Program-made: the position numbers and the translations under genes | NCBI GenBank assembly: GCA_951406725.2 | Contig: OX597820.1 | Span: 3,224,001 to 3,288,000 of the forward strand | Direction of reading: 5' to 3' | Source: Octopus vulgaris | Lineage: Eukaryota | DNA: 64,000 nucleotides | Notes under the pieces: generated by a model | Seen by the model: only the letters and a program-made list of their open reading frames with translations | What the model was told of the DNA's origin: nothing | Databases searched by the model: none | In this document: one piece after another, positions 27,130 through 39,363 of the stretch | Layout of the letters: each line of letters begins with the position of its first letter | How positions within the stretch are numbered: position 1 is the first letter of the stretch

Positions 27130-27157
<28 letters not shown>
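26436..27157 (+). mobile_element. RTE 3' UTR/tail copy with internal ~200-bp tandem duplication
   Basis: Matches 7050-7596; 26533-26728 repeated at 26734-26928; (GAT)n tail. Further tail copies near 30760-30980(-), 33080-33410(-), 44875-45240, 45545-45860(+), 46290-46500(-), 58305-58800(-), 58950-59620(+), 59945-60340(-), 60830-61180(+). Confidence 0.8.
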
Positions 27158-27159
<2 letters not shown>

Positions 27160-27160
<1 letters not shown>

Positions 27161-29654
27161 ACTCTAAGAGTCTACCTATTCCACCAAACAGAGTATAGCT
27201 GAGAATATTACTTGAGAAAGAGGAAGACCTCAGGAAACGGATGAGATGGAAGGCATTATTTTTTATTCCAAAATACCTCCCTCGTATAAAGAATGTTACG
27301 ATTTAAAAACAAGAAAATACCCACCTAGTGTCAAAGATTTGGTTGCTTTTGAGACTGATCTTCTTAACCTAATTACCAATATTATATTTTGTAAGTACTA
27401 TAACCTGCTCCAATCTAAAATGAGTTCTGATATAAAAAAACCAAAAAAAAAACTTTAGGAATTCAAGAAAGAAGTTTGTATTTTCTGATAAGACTAATAA
27501 CCGATACGAAATTACAAATGATTTTTATAAGTTACTAAATTACACCATTTCATATAAATATAAGAAAGCTAATGTAGACTGATACTATGATATCAATAAT
27601 GAAGCTAAACTCCTCACTAAATGTAGCAAAACCGATGATGATAGATTAGAATGTTTAGCCAAGAGAGAAGCATTCATCACTTTAAAAGATCATAAAACTA
27701 ATTTTCATAGCAACTCCACCTGTAGATTGTTAAACCCAGCTAAATCGGAAATTGGAAATGCAGTAAAAAAAGTACTTAAAAATGTCAACAATAGAATTAT
27801 GGAAATGACCAAGTTTCACCCATGGAATAACAGTTTTATAATGATAGACTGGTTCAACAAGTTTTAAAATAAGAATAAGGCTAGATTCACTAGGTTTGAC
27901 ATTACAGATTTTTATCCCTCCATATCTAGATCGCTGCTTGATAAAGCTATCGAATACGCCAAATTATATGTCGATCTTGACCCTAAAGACCTAGATCTTA
28001 TCAAACACGTGAGGAAGATTATATTGTTTAGCAAAGGATAAACATGAGCTATTTGATGCGTCTATGGTTGCATATGTCAGTGCTAACTTCCGTGATCTTG
28101 TAGGCTTATTCATACTAAATACATTAAAATATAAGTAGACAACATCATGGCATTGGCCTATCCCATGACGATGGCTTGACTATTTCCCATAAGTGTGATG
28201 AGCACACCCGAGATAGATTTAGAAAGCAACTTATCTCTACTTTTAACCAATTAGGATTAAAAATCACAGTAGCTACTAACCTCTCTGAAGTAGACTATTT
28301 AAATGTGGTCCTATCTCTAACACTTCCTCCTATAAACCTTTTTATAAACAGAACAAGAAACTTAAATATATAAATAGGCAGTCTTGTCACCCTCCCGCCA
28401 TATTAAAAAACCTGGTAGCTAACATTAGTAGAAGAGTTTCTAACCTCTCTTCTTCTAAAGAAATTTTCGAGAGGCAGCTCCCTACTTTAATAAGGCCCTA
28501 ACCGATAGTGGGTTTAAAGATAAGTTAACATATAATCCCTCTGACACTAATCATGATATTAAGGATAGATATAGCAGTACCAATGATAATGCGATACATA
28601 AACGTACTAACGTTAATCTAAATGCTAACAAAAATCAAAAATAGGAAAAGAAAAACAATTTGGTTTACCCCTCCCTTTTCCCTCAATGTAAAAACGAACA
28701 TTGGTAGGAGATTTTTGACTGTCCGAGACAAACATTTTCCTGTAAACCACAAATATAGAAAACATTTCAACAGGCGATCAGTGAAATTATCATATAACTG
28801 TTGCCCCAACATAAAGAGCCTGAAATAGGCTGTAACTGTCGCAATCCAGGATCCTGTTCACTCGGACAATGGTGCCTGGCCAAGGCAATTGTATATGAGG
28901 GGACAGAGGCGCAATGGCCCAGTGGTTAGGGCAGCGGACTCGCGGTCATAGGATCGCGGTTTCGATTCCCAGACCGGGCGTTGTGAGTGTTTATTGAGTG
29001 AAAACACCTAAAGCTCCACGAGGCTCCGGCAGAGGATGGTGGTGATCCCTGCTGTACTCTTTCACCACAACTTTCTCTCACTCTTACTTCCTGTTTCTGT
29101 TGTACCTGTATTTCAAAGGGTCGGCCTTGTCACTCTCTGTGTCACGCTGAATATCCCCGAGAACTACGTTAAGGGTACACGTGTCTGTGGAGTGCTCAGC
29201 CACTTACACATTAATTTCACGAGCAGGATGTTCCGTTGATCGGATCAACCGGAACCCTTGTCGTCGTGACCGACGGAGTGCTTCCTTAATATGAGGGGGA
29301 AGCCACTGCAACCGAAAATAAAAATAAAACTTATAATAATACAACAGTGGAAAAGACCTACACTGGATTATGTGAAGGAGAGTTTATAAAATGTTATGTC
29401 AACCACATAGCTTCCTTCTAACATAAAGACAAGAGTAAGATCACAAAGTTAGCCAGCCACGTGTGGTCTTTGAAAGAGAATAAAACACCATACATGATTA
29501 AATGGAAAATAATCGAAACATCCTCACCTTATGTGAATGGAACAAAGAAACGTAGGGTTTGCTTTGCCGGAAGAGCACAAATACGGTTCAGATCAAAAAT
29601 CCCCAACTCAGTATTGAACTTGAGGTCAGGAATTTTCAGTGGTTGCAGACATTT

Positions 29655-29655
<1 letters not shown>
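27160..29655 (+). pseudogene. Degenerate Penelope-like element: RT plus C-terminal GIY-YIG
   Basis: AFITLKDHK...CRLLNPAKSEIG, FDITDFYPSI, HDDGL, TIWFTPPFSLNVKTNIG, GCNCRNPGSC...CL...IVYEG, TYTGL, WSLKE...IKWKII; many stops. Confidence 0.85.
28903..29288 (+). mobile_element. Full-length tRNA-derived SINE inserted in the GIY-YIG region
   Basis: A-box tggcccagtgg, B-box gtttcgattcc; TSD atatgagggg at 28893-28902 and 29289-29298. Confidence 0.9.
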
Positions 29656-30153
<498 letters not shown>

Positions 30154-30978
30154 ATATATTTTGAAGAACTGGACAATCCCATCCATCCCAGATTGATTTG
30201 ACCCCCACCCCCACGACCTTATTATTTAAAGACTAAGGAAGTCAGATCGCTTACCACCATAGTTCCCCCCCACCTTTATTTTAGTATTTCTTTACATTTA
30301 TTTTTTATCCTTTATATTTTTTATTCTTTATAAATTTTATAAATTTTATAAACTCCCAACATTTCTTATATTTATTCCTTCACATTTCCACCTTATATTT
30401 TTCATTCATTTATTTTTCAAACACTTTTTTACTCTCCTTACACAATTTATATCTAATTTTGTACATTATTTACACTTACATCACGTCTTCTCCTCCTGGA
30501 TTCGTTTTCTGGTGAAAAATTAAGATTTTCTATATGCTACCATTGTTTTCCACTTTTTTTCTCATATTCTTATATCCCACGCCATATTTAAAGTCCTCAG
30601 TTGAGCATGAAGAGTGGTCTGTGCCTACAAAACGTGTTTGGATTCTCAGACATGCGAAACTATTAATAGCACCCAAACATATGTATTGTGATCCTTAAAC
30701 AGAAATATTTGGCTCTCACCAGATTGGGTGCATTATATATATACATTATATATATATATCATCATCATCATTACCATCATGATTGTTTAACGTCCGCTTT
30801 CCATGCTGGCATGGGTTGGACGGTTTGACCGAGGTCTGGAGAGCCAGTGGCTGCACCAGGCTCCAATCTGATCTGGCAATGTTTCTACAGCTGGATGTCC
30901 TTCCTAATGCCGACCACTCTGAGAGTGTTGTGGGTGCTTTTTACGCGCCACTGGCACTGGGGTCAATCAGGAGGTACT

Positions 30979-31017
<39 letters not shown>

Positions 31018-31257
31018 TTGATGGGCTTCTTTCAGTTTCTGTCTACTAAATCCACCTTAGAAGACTTTGGTTGAGGCTGTAGTAGAAGACACTTGCCCAA
31101 GGTGTCACCCAGTGGGTCTGAACCTGGAACCATGTGTTTAGGAAGCAAGCTTCTTACCACACAGCTGCACCAAAAGTTCACTGCAATATCATTAAGGATA
31201 CACCAGGAAAACATAGAGATCTGTGCTTCACCATACTTGAATGCTTTCCTTTAAACC

Positions 31258-31590
31258 TCACCACAGAATAATTTCCCACCAGAATAAAGTCTCACCATTA
31301 TAAAGTCCCACCCCAGAATAATTTCCCACCAGAATAAAGTCTCACCATAATAAAGTCCCACCACAGAATAATTTCCCACCAGAATAAAGTCTCACCATAA
31401 TAAAGTCCCACCACAGAATAATTTCCCACCAGAATAAAGTCTCACCATAATTAAGTCCCACCACAGAATAATTTCCCACCAGAATAAAGTCTCACCATAA
31501 TAAAATCCCACCACAGAATAATTTCCCACCAGAATAAAATCCCGCCACAATAAAGTCCCACCACAATTAAATCCCACCACAGAATAATTT
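31258..31590. repeat. 50-bp minisatellite (~6.5 copies) built from three ~16-17 bp subunits
   Basis: Unit ccaccacagaataatttcccaccagaataaagtctcaccataataaagtc. Confidence 0.9.
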
Positions 31591-31659
31591 CTTTAATAAT
31601 GAAAATTCAATTAAACTGCTGGCCGTTAACAATAATGATTATTTAGGAAATCATGGAAG

Positions 31660-32345
31660 ATTGTTTGAAAATTTGGCAAAGGCCAGCATTTTAGTGGTGA
31701 GGGGCAAGTTGATCCCATTGACCCAGGAACTTAACTGGTACCTGTTTGATTGACCCCAAAAGGATAACAGGCAAAGCCAACATCAGTGGAATTTGAACTT
31801 GGAACACAAAGAGCCAGCAGGAATGCAGTCAAGCATCTTCGTCCTCTGCAATAACGATTCTAGCAGTCAGCATCCTTAAAAGAAACCATCAATGTTTCTT
31901 TGTAACATAAGGCAGCAAGATGGCAGAATCGTTAGGTGAAATGTTTAGCAGTATTTTGTTCATCTTTACATTCTGAGTTCAAATTCTGCTGGGGTCAACT
32001 TTGCCTTTCATTCTTTTTTTTGGTGGGGGGGGGGGTAAAATAAGTACCAGTTGTGTTCTGGGGACCAATGCAATTGACTTATCCCCTTCCTCAAAATTAC
32101 TGGCCTTGTGCTAAAATTTGAAACCAATAATACTTTTTATTATAGGCAGAAGCCTTGAAATTTGTGGGGAAGGGTCTAGATGATTACATTGACCCCAGGG
32201 GTTAATTGGTACTTGTTTTATCGACCCCCAAAAGGATAAGAGGCAAAGTCTATCTTGGTTGAATTTGAACTCAGAACGTAAAAACAAACAAAATGCCTGC
32301 AAGCTTCTTGCTTGGTTTGCGAACAAAAGCCTGCTTGCTGCCTTC
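31660..32345. mobile_element. Three adjacent Meta-like SINE copies in -, +, - orientation
   Basis: Each matches 42570-42785 (ctgagttcaaatt...gactttgcctttcatcc...aagtaccag). Confidence 0.7.
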
Positions 32346-33411
32346 CAGAAAGCATCAATATTGATAATGAAAAGCTCAGTCTCCCTACGATTGTAAACTC
32401 AACAGATACCTACTACAAGATCTATGCTGTGGAATCATCAAACACTTTTCTATTGATTTAATGCAAGTGTGAACACGAATGCTGATTAGACTTTCATTAC
32501 TTTGTGTCTACAGCTATTGATAAACACACATTGACAATCCGATGATTCGATGGACCGACATATCTTGTATTGAATATAATTACAGTGGGTCGTCGGGTTG
32601 ATGTGTCTTGAGTCGAAATCATTTTCCTAAGAACTCTGCTGACGTATTACTGACGTCTGATGCTGTAATTGCCAGGCTTGAATCTGCCCAACAAGGCAGA
32701 TTTTTATTTGATCACAAGCATCAGTGATGTTGTCACTGGCATAGTGGTGTGGGTAAGAGGTTCCATTTGTGACCATGAGGCTTTGGGTTCGATCCTGTTG
32801 CTTAATACCTTAGGCAAAGATTTTTCTATGCCAGACTCACTTTGATTCAAATCCAAAGAATGAAATTTGGTAGAAAGAAACTGCATTGAGGTGTTATTTG
32901 TACTGGCTAAATCTGGAGAATGGTAAAGTACCGTAGCCCTTGGCAGGTTCCTAGGTTCGTGATGCTGAGGTCACCGTTCGATTACCATAAACAAGTCACT
33001 TGTGCAAATTGTTCAGCAAGTAATTGCAGAACCTCCATCTTTCATAGATCGAGAGACTGACATTAATATATATGAAAGTATCATCATCATCGTTTAACGT
33101 CTGTTTTCCATGCTAGCATGGGTTGGATGGTTCAGCCGGGGTCTGGGAAGCCAGGAGGCTGCACCAGGCTCTAGTCTGATCTGGCAGTGCTCCTACAGCT
33201 GGATGCCCTTCCTAATGCCAACCACTCTGTTAGTGTAGTGGATGCTTTTTACATGCCACTGGCACAGGGGCCAGAGGAGGCTGGCAATGACCACGATTGG
33301 TTGGTGCTTTTTCATGTGCCACCAGCACGAGTATCACAACTACAATTTCCATTTGATTCTTATTTTGATGTTGATGTACTTGACTCAATAGGTCTCCTCA
33401 AGCACAGCAGG

Positions 33412-33455
<44 letters not shown>

Positions 33456-33895
33456 TCATTTTATATATATATATACACATATACTATATATATATGTTAT
33501 TTTGCTATGTTATTTATATTTACATATATAATATTATTTCGGCCAGAGTTCTTTCGTCATACTCCTGTGACCGAATGGTCCTTTGTTTTCTTCTTATTTA
33601 TTTGTGTCTCTCCTTACTAACCGTCAGCCATTTTCATGGACTTCTGGATAATTCACAATTTCCTCCATTGTCTTTGAAGTGTAATAAATTAGAATCTTTT
33701 ACTCTTTCTCTAAAAGAAATAAGATTAAGATTAATGTAAAAAATAAATAACACTGAAGTAACACCAAATATATAGTGCGTATGTTTTTATTGGCTAAACT
33801 GGCAAAATGACCATTCCGAAATATAACAATATCTGTTTCAACACACGACTTCACATAAAAAATCTTGCACAACAAATATTTAAACGTACTATATA

Positions 33896-33966
<71 letters not shown>

Positions 33967-33971
33967 ATATA

Positions 33972-34290
33972 CGAGGGTGAGTCAAAAAGTAATGCCATTT
34001 TGTTTAGGACAGGTATAATTACCAACACAGGAACGTGTATCATGCATCAAAATGAAGCTGGTCCTCTGTGGATCACATCCCTACTTCTCAACATAGTCAC
34101 CGTTTCTCTCAATAATAATGTTCCACCTTCGAATGAGAGCATGTATCCCTGTCTTGTAAAATTCTGTTGACTGTTCTTTGAGCCACTTCTTCACTACAAT
34201 TTTCACTTCCTCATTATTAGAATAATGTTTGCCTCTCAAACCCTCTTTCATGGCACCGAAGAGATGATAGGTGCTAAATCTGGTGAGTGT
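33972..34290 (-). mobile_element. Mariner 3' end, internally deleted
   Basis: ta|cgagggtgagtcaaaaagt TIR; minus strand encodes VKKWLKEQSTEFYKTGIHALIRRWNIIIERNGDYVEK*. Confidence 0.75.
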
Positions 34291-34349
34291 GGAGGTAGTG
34301 AAGAAGTATTAGGCCACCCCAATGTTTTGGGGTTCTGCTGTCTCAATGT

Positions 34350-35232
34350 TAATGAAACTCATGCAGGAAGGTGTCATTCCCCACAATGACTGGATTAGCA
34401 ACATTAAAGTCAATTGTTACAAGGATAAAGGAGATTGTTTTAGAATTACAGAAGTATCAAATTGCTGGCCCAGGTCATGAAGATTACAGAGAGAAGTTTA
34501 CAGCCCAATTCATTGGGAACAGAATTGGACGAGATTAGATGCAGTTCGGTTTTGTACCTGGAAGTACTACTGATGCTATTTTCTTAGACAACTGCAGGAG
34601 AAGTAATTAGCTAAGAGTATATTATTGTAATTGGCAGTTGTTGATCTGAAGAAAACTATCAATGGAGTTCCTTCCTCTGTGATTTGGTGGTCTCTGAGGA
34701 AGCTAGGGATAGATGAATGGCTTGTGAAAGCCATACAGGCCATGCACAGGGATGGTGTCAGTAAGGTGAGGGTTAGTCATGAGTTCAGAGATAAACTTAG
34801 AGAAGGAGGGTGTTCACTAGGGTTCAGTTCTTAGTCCCTTCTTATTCTTCATTGTCCTTCAGGCCATAGCAGTGGAATTTAAGACTAGCGTCCCCTTGGA
34901 ACTACTGTATGCTGATGATTTCATTCGTATAAATGGAAGCAAGACTTAGAACCAAAGGAACTTAAGTGAACAAAGCAAAATCCAAGTTTTTAGTAAGAAA
35001 ATATCAGTCAGGGCTGAACGGGCTTCAGTCAAAATGGCCGTGCTTGATATGAAGGCAAAGTGTTGGTAGGAATTCCTTGTGGTGTACTCAATGCAAACTA
35101 TAGACGCACAAAAGGTGCAGTGGAACCACAGGAAAACTTTTGTATGTGGTAGATGCACAGAAGCAATAAACATTCTCAAATGCTCGGTAGGATCCCTAGA
35201 GATAATAGATAGTTTCTGTTACCTGGGTGACC
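34350..35232 (+). pseudogene. Degraded RTE RT fragment
   Basis: NYRSIKLL, MQFGFVPG, IWWSLRKLGIDEWLV, GSVLSP, ELLYADD, DSFCYLGD. Confidence 0.75.
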
Positions 35233-35596
35233 GAGATCATGTCTTGTATATAAGTTTCTATGCCCATTCTTTCATGGTTCAAGACAGTTCGTTCACCCAC
35301 CTGCATGACAGTCAAACTATCTTCCATCAGTTGGCAGCGAATATGTTTGCCTAAGATACAATCTGAGAGATTCAGAGGAACTTTCCAGAAAGAACTGGAC
35401 GTAGGCTCTTATATAAGATGCAATGAAAAATTATGAAGCTGAAGGAGAGTTTGGTCAGCTTTGTATTCTTCCTTTAATGTTTTCGGTTTGGCCCTCAATA
35501 CAAGCACAAATGGACACCAGATGTGAGTGCCAAATGTTGGAGACACTCAGAACTTTTCATTACCTTCAACTGCCATTCCAGGAATTCGAAAAGAAA

Positions 35597-35900
35597 TCCT
35601 TCCAGTGGGATGAAGTTAGAATAATAGACAGAGGACACCACTGGAAAATACAGAAGCTAAAAGAAGCAACACATATGCTGGGACACAACAACCTCCTAAG
35701 CAGACCAAGTGCAGATATGAGTGGCATATGGGAACCGGTATTAAGGAAGGATAGGAGAATATTAGATTTATAAGCCTTAAAAATTCACTCCATAATTGCC
35801 CACAGGCATATGGCATAGTGGTTAAGAGCGCGGGCTACTAACCCCAAGATTCCGAATTTGATTCCAGGCAGTGATCTGAATAATGATAATAATAATAACA

Positions 35901-35959
<59 letters not shown>

Positions 35960-36140
35960 TAATAACATTGAAAAATACCTTAGGAATAAGAACCCAGGTT
36001 TGAAATTTCCCCAAGACACCTGATGAAGGCTGGAGGGTATATCAGCAGAAACATTGTGTTAAAAACAAACAAGATGAGGAGAAATATCCGTCAAATGTAA
36101 ATAATGTACATAATTCCTCATCTCTTAAATATAGAACTGA
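35597..36140 (+). mobile_element. 3' end of a Penelope/Poseidon-type PLE: ORF tail, tRNA-like box A/B, (AAT)n, hammerhead
   Basis: FQWDEVRIIDRGHHWKIQKLKEATHM...LSRPSADMSGIWEPVL resembles the PLE GIY-YIG C-terminus (stop 35773); A-box 35811-35821; HHR 36015-36060. Confidence 0.75.
36015..36060 (+). ncRNA. Minimal hammerhead ribozyme
   Basis: gacac-CTGATGA-a-ggctg...cagca-GAAA-catt-gtgtt. Confidence 0.7.
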
Positions 36141-37715
36141 ATGTTGACTCTGTCAGTTATAATGGACAGAGTCAACATCCATTGACAAGGTCGCAAAATC
36201 AACAAAAATTTTGAAAGAAAAAATATAATAACTGAGTGAGAATTGAACTGGTGAGTGTGTTTGCTAATAAGGCATTAAGACAATCTGACACTCTTCAGAC
36301 ACAACAAAATTTGCTTCAACACACGAATTCACATAAAGAATCTTGCAAACCAGATACAAAAACGAAGGCAAAAAAGATTCAACAACTTACAATTCCCATA
36401 GAAAGGGATCCACTGGTTTGTTTCACCCGACCAAGTGCTGTGTGGCAAACAAAGCATCCAAACTGGCAGCACTGGCGGCAAACCTGGGAGTTGCCACTTG
36501 TCAATGTGGGTGGGGGAAAAATCAATAAGTAATCATTATCATCGTCATCATCTTTATTGACTTCATCATCCTTCACTTCATCATCATCATCATCTTCATT
36601 GACTTTATCATCATCATCCTCACCATCACCATTATCTTCATCATCATCATCATCATCACCAACTTCATCATCATCATCACCATCATCATCAGTAACAGCA
36701 GCAACATCCTCTTCCTTTCCCTTGGCTACTTTGCCATGCTTACAGGATTTCTCTGACAGGATTTGTCGAGGCAGTTTCCCCCCCCCCATGGCCTGACACT
36801 CTTCCTCTCTTCAACTCTCATCTCTTTCCAAACAAACAAATATTTTTTCTTTTCTCTGGTCCAGACATGTTTTCATGGGAGATTGCAAACAAACAGCATC
36901 CTGGAGGACGTTTGCTTGCAATTCGCTTTAAGATATCAAAACAGGGAGACAGAAACACACTCACACACCCATTCATGCACATGTATACACACACACATTT
37001 AATACACATGCTCATGCATGCACACACACACACACATAATACTCTTCCACACACACACACATACATACATTTTATACATATGCACACACATGCATACACA
37101 TACATACTCACACACACACATACATACATTTTATATACATGCCCATGCACATATACACACATACACACACATCCATATCATCAGTTAGTTGTTTATAAGT
37201 CAGGAAAAAAATCAATATAAGTAACAGAGCAATTACACCTTAATGTTGTCCCACAGTATATTACTGGTTATGGCATATAACTGGTCAGAATGTTGTTGTT
37301 GTTGTTGTTGGTTTCATGCTGACAGTTACACTTCACAAGATTGACAGCTGTAAGAACCTTTTATGTCATTCCTTTGTTAAAAAATAGGCACAAACGACAT
37401 TGTCAAAACAATTACCTGTTCATGAGGGCAGTGTCTGAATATCTCGCTTTTTGAGTTCAGGCAAACACCAAGATCATGTGATTTTTTTTTTGGAAACTGT
37501 TCTCCTCTCCACCAAGCAAATGAAGATTTGGTTGCTATCTCTAGCTGATGAAACAACTTTATAGGGGTTCCATCAATGGTCCCTCAACTCCCTAAATATT
37601 TGTTAGGCATAGTGTTGCTTATGGTTTGATGCCATTCTCTATCACTAGATTAATAGAAGTACATAACTAACAATTCCAAGCATTTTGGTAATTAACAACA
37701 AAACTCAGTGAATAA

Positions 37716-38050
37716 ACAGTTGCAGCGTTGAAGGTGTTTAGAAGCCATTTAAGAAACACACAAAAACCGTCAGATTCATTTCAACATTTAAATTTAATTT
37801 GTGTCAAACTATTTTCATTGCTTTGAAACTGTGACCTGTTCACTGGCAAAAATTCTGTGCTACATGGAATTTTGTCAGTGAACAGGTCATGGTTTGAAAG
37901 TGACAAAAATATTTTGGCAAATTAAATTTAAATGTTGAAGTTTTTGTGTGTTTCTTAAATGCCTTATAAACACCTTCCATGCTGCAATTGTTTTTGTTCC
38001 AGCACACAATCTCAGATCAGGTCACTTTCTATGCAAGTACATCTCCGTAA
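37716..38050. mobile_element. Fold-back repeat (inverted arms 37716-37992) carrying a G3:C8 hammerhead-like motif on each arm
   Basis: Arms pair around ~37858; the right arm plus tail recurs at 57667-57852. Confidence 0.65.
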
Positions 38051-38728
38051 TTCAGTGAATATATTTACATCTAATCTATTTTATCTTTTATCTGTTTTAT
38101 CCATTAAACTGCAGCCATGCTGGAGCACCATCTTGAAATGTTTCGCTGATAAAAGTTGACTTCCAGTTATTGTTTTTAAAATCTGCCACTTATTCTATTA
38201 TTCCCCTGCTAATCTATGGGGATGAAAACAAACCAACACTGGTTGTCAAGTGGTGGTGGGGTACAAACATAAAGGCACACGCAGACATATGATAGGCTTC
38301 TTTACAGTTTCTGTCTACCAAATTCACTCATGAAGCCCAAAACCACATGGTTACAAAGTGTAATTTTTTACCACACAACCATACCTGTATCTTAATACCA
38401 ATAAAGAAATTAATAAATGTGTACATATGATGGTGAAGAGGGGACACAGTACCGCGGGATGGGGTTAGAGGTGGGGCTATCAGTTCCTTTTCAGGACATC
38501 TTGTCTGCCATTGGCTCTTATCGGGCACCCATCTCTCAATTGTATCTCCACAAACTGCCTGCATTCAGCGAGGTGCCATTTCCTGGGTAACAGAATTTGC
38601 AGGTTGACCAAATGAGATTGACCATAATCTGTGAGTTTTAAACTCTTGGGAAAATTCTTTAAGATAGAAATAATACATTTCTAAATCTCTCAGAGAGATT
38701 TATGCAGTAGCAGCACAATAAAGTGATG

Positions 38729-38893
38729 GTATGTTGTCAACTTAATTTGACAGTTCCATGAAAGGGAAGAATGCTACTGTTATTTAACCCTAGGAAACAC
38801 TGTCAAGTCCAACAGGAAATGGTGTTTCCTAGGGTTAAATAACAGTAGTATTCTTCCCTTTCATGGGACTGTCATAATAAGTTGGTAACATAC
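38729..38893. repeat. Near-perfect ~165-bp hairpin (MITE or fold-back)
   Basis: gtatgttgtcaactta...aggaaacac / gtgtttcct...taagttggtaacatac with a ~20-nt loop. Confidence 0.8.
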
Positions 38894-39331
38894 TTTCAAA
38901 TTCTTTAAGGTTTGTCATCTGACACATAGAAAGAGTGAATTCCGTGTGGGCCATGCAAAGGAAACTCAAGCATCAGTGGTCAACTTTCACCTAACAACAC
39001 CAATGACAGCCATTGACAGAATCTACAAGAATACGACAGCCTCTGTACCAGGCAACCTTTTGCAAGAAGTGACCAACATGAGACATGGCTTTTCATCAGG
39101 TGGGCCCACACTACAAAAAAAAATAATTCTTATTTTCTTTGTGAAATTAAGCAGCATGCTATTCAGAAAGTGCTGCAAGCCACAGTTTGTCCATGATTGC
39201 TCTATATATACAGCTTGCTTTGCAAGAAATAGCTACCAAATTTCCCTCAAATCAGACTCCATCTTCTTGTAAAATAGGACATGCATATGATAATGTAATC
39301 CTAGATCATCACCACCACCACCACCACCACA

Positions 39332-39363
<32 letters not shown>

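Noticed and set aside
30605-30642. atgaaga-gtgg...ctac-aaaa-cgtgtt, a possible decayed hammerhead
   Set aside because: Two core mismatches and a weak stem I; single copy in the window.
31258-31590. Possible CRISPR array
   Set aside because: Units are contiguous with no unique spacers, there are no cas genes, and the context is eukaryotic.
35805-35875. Genuine tRNA gene (anticodon ACT, Ser-like)
   Set aside because: No acceptor stem or long variable arm; it is embedded in a dispersed repeat.
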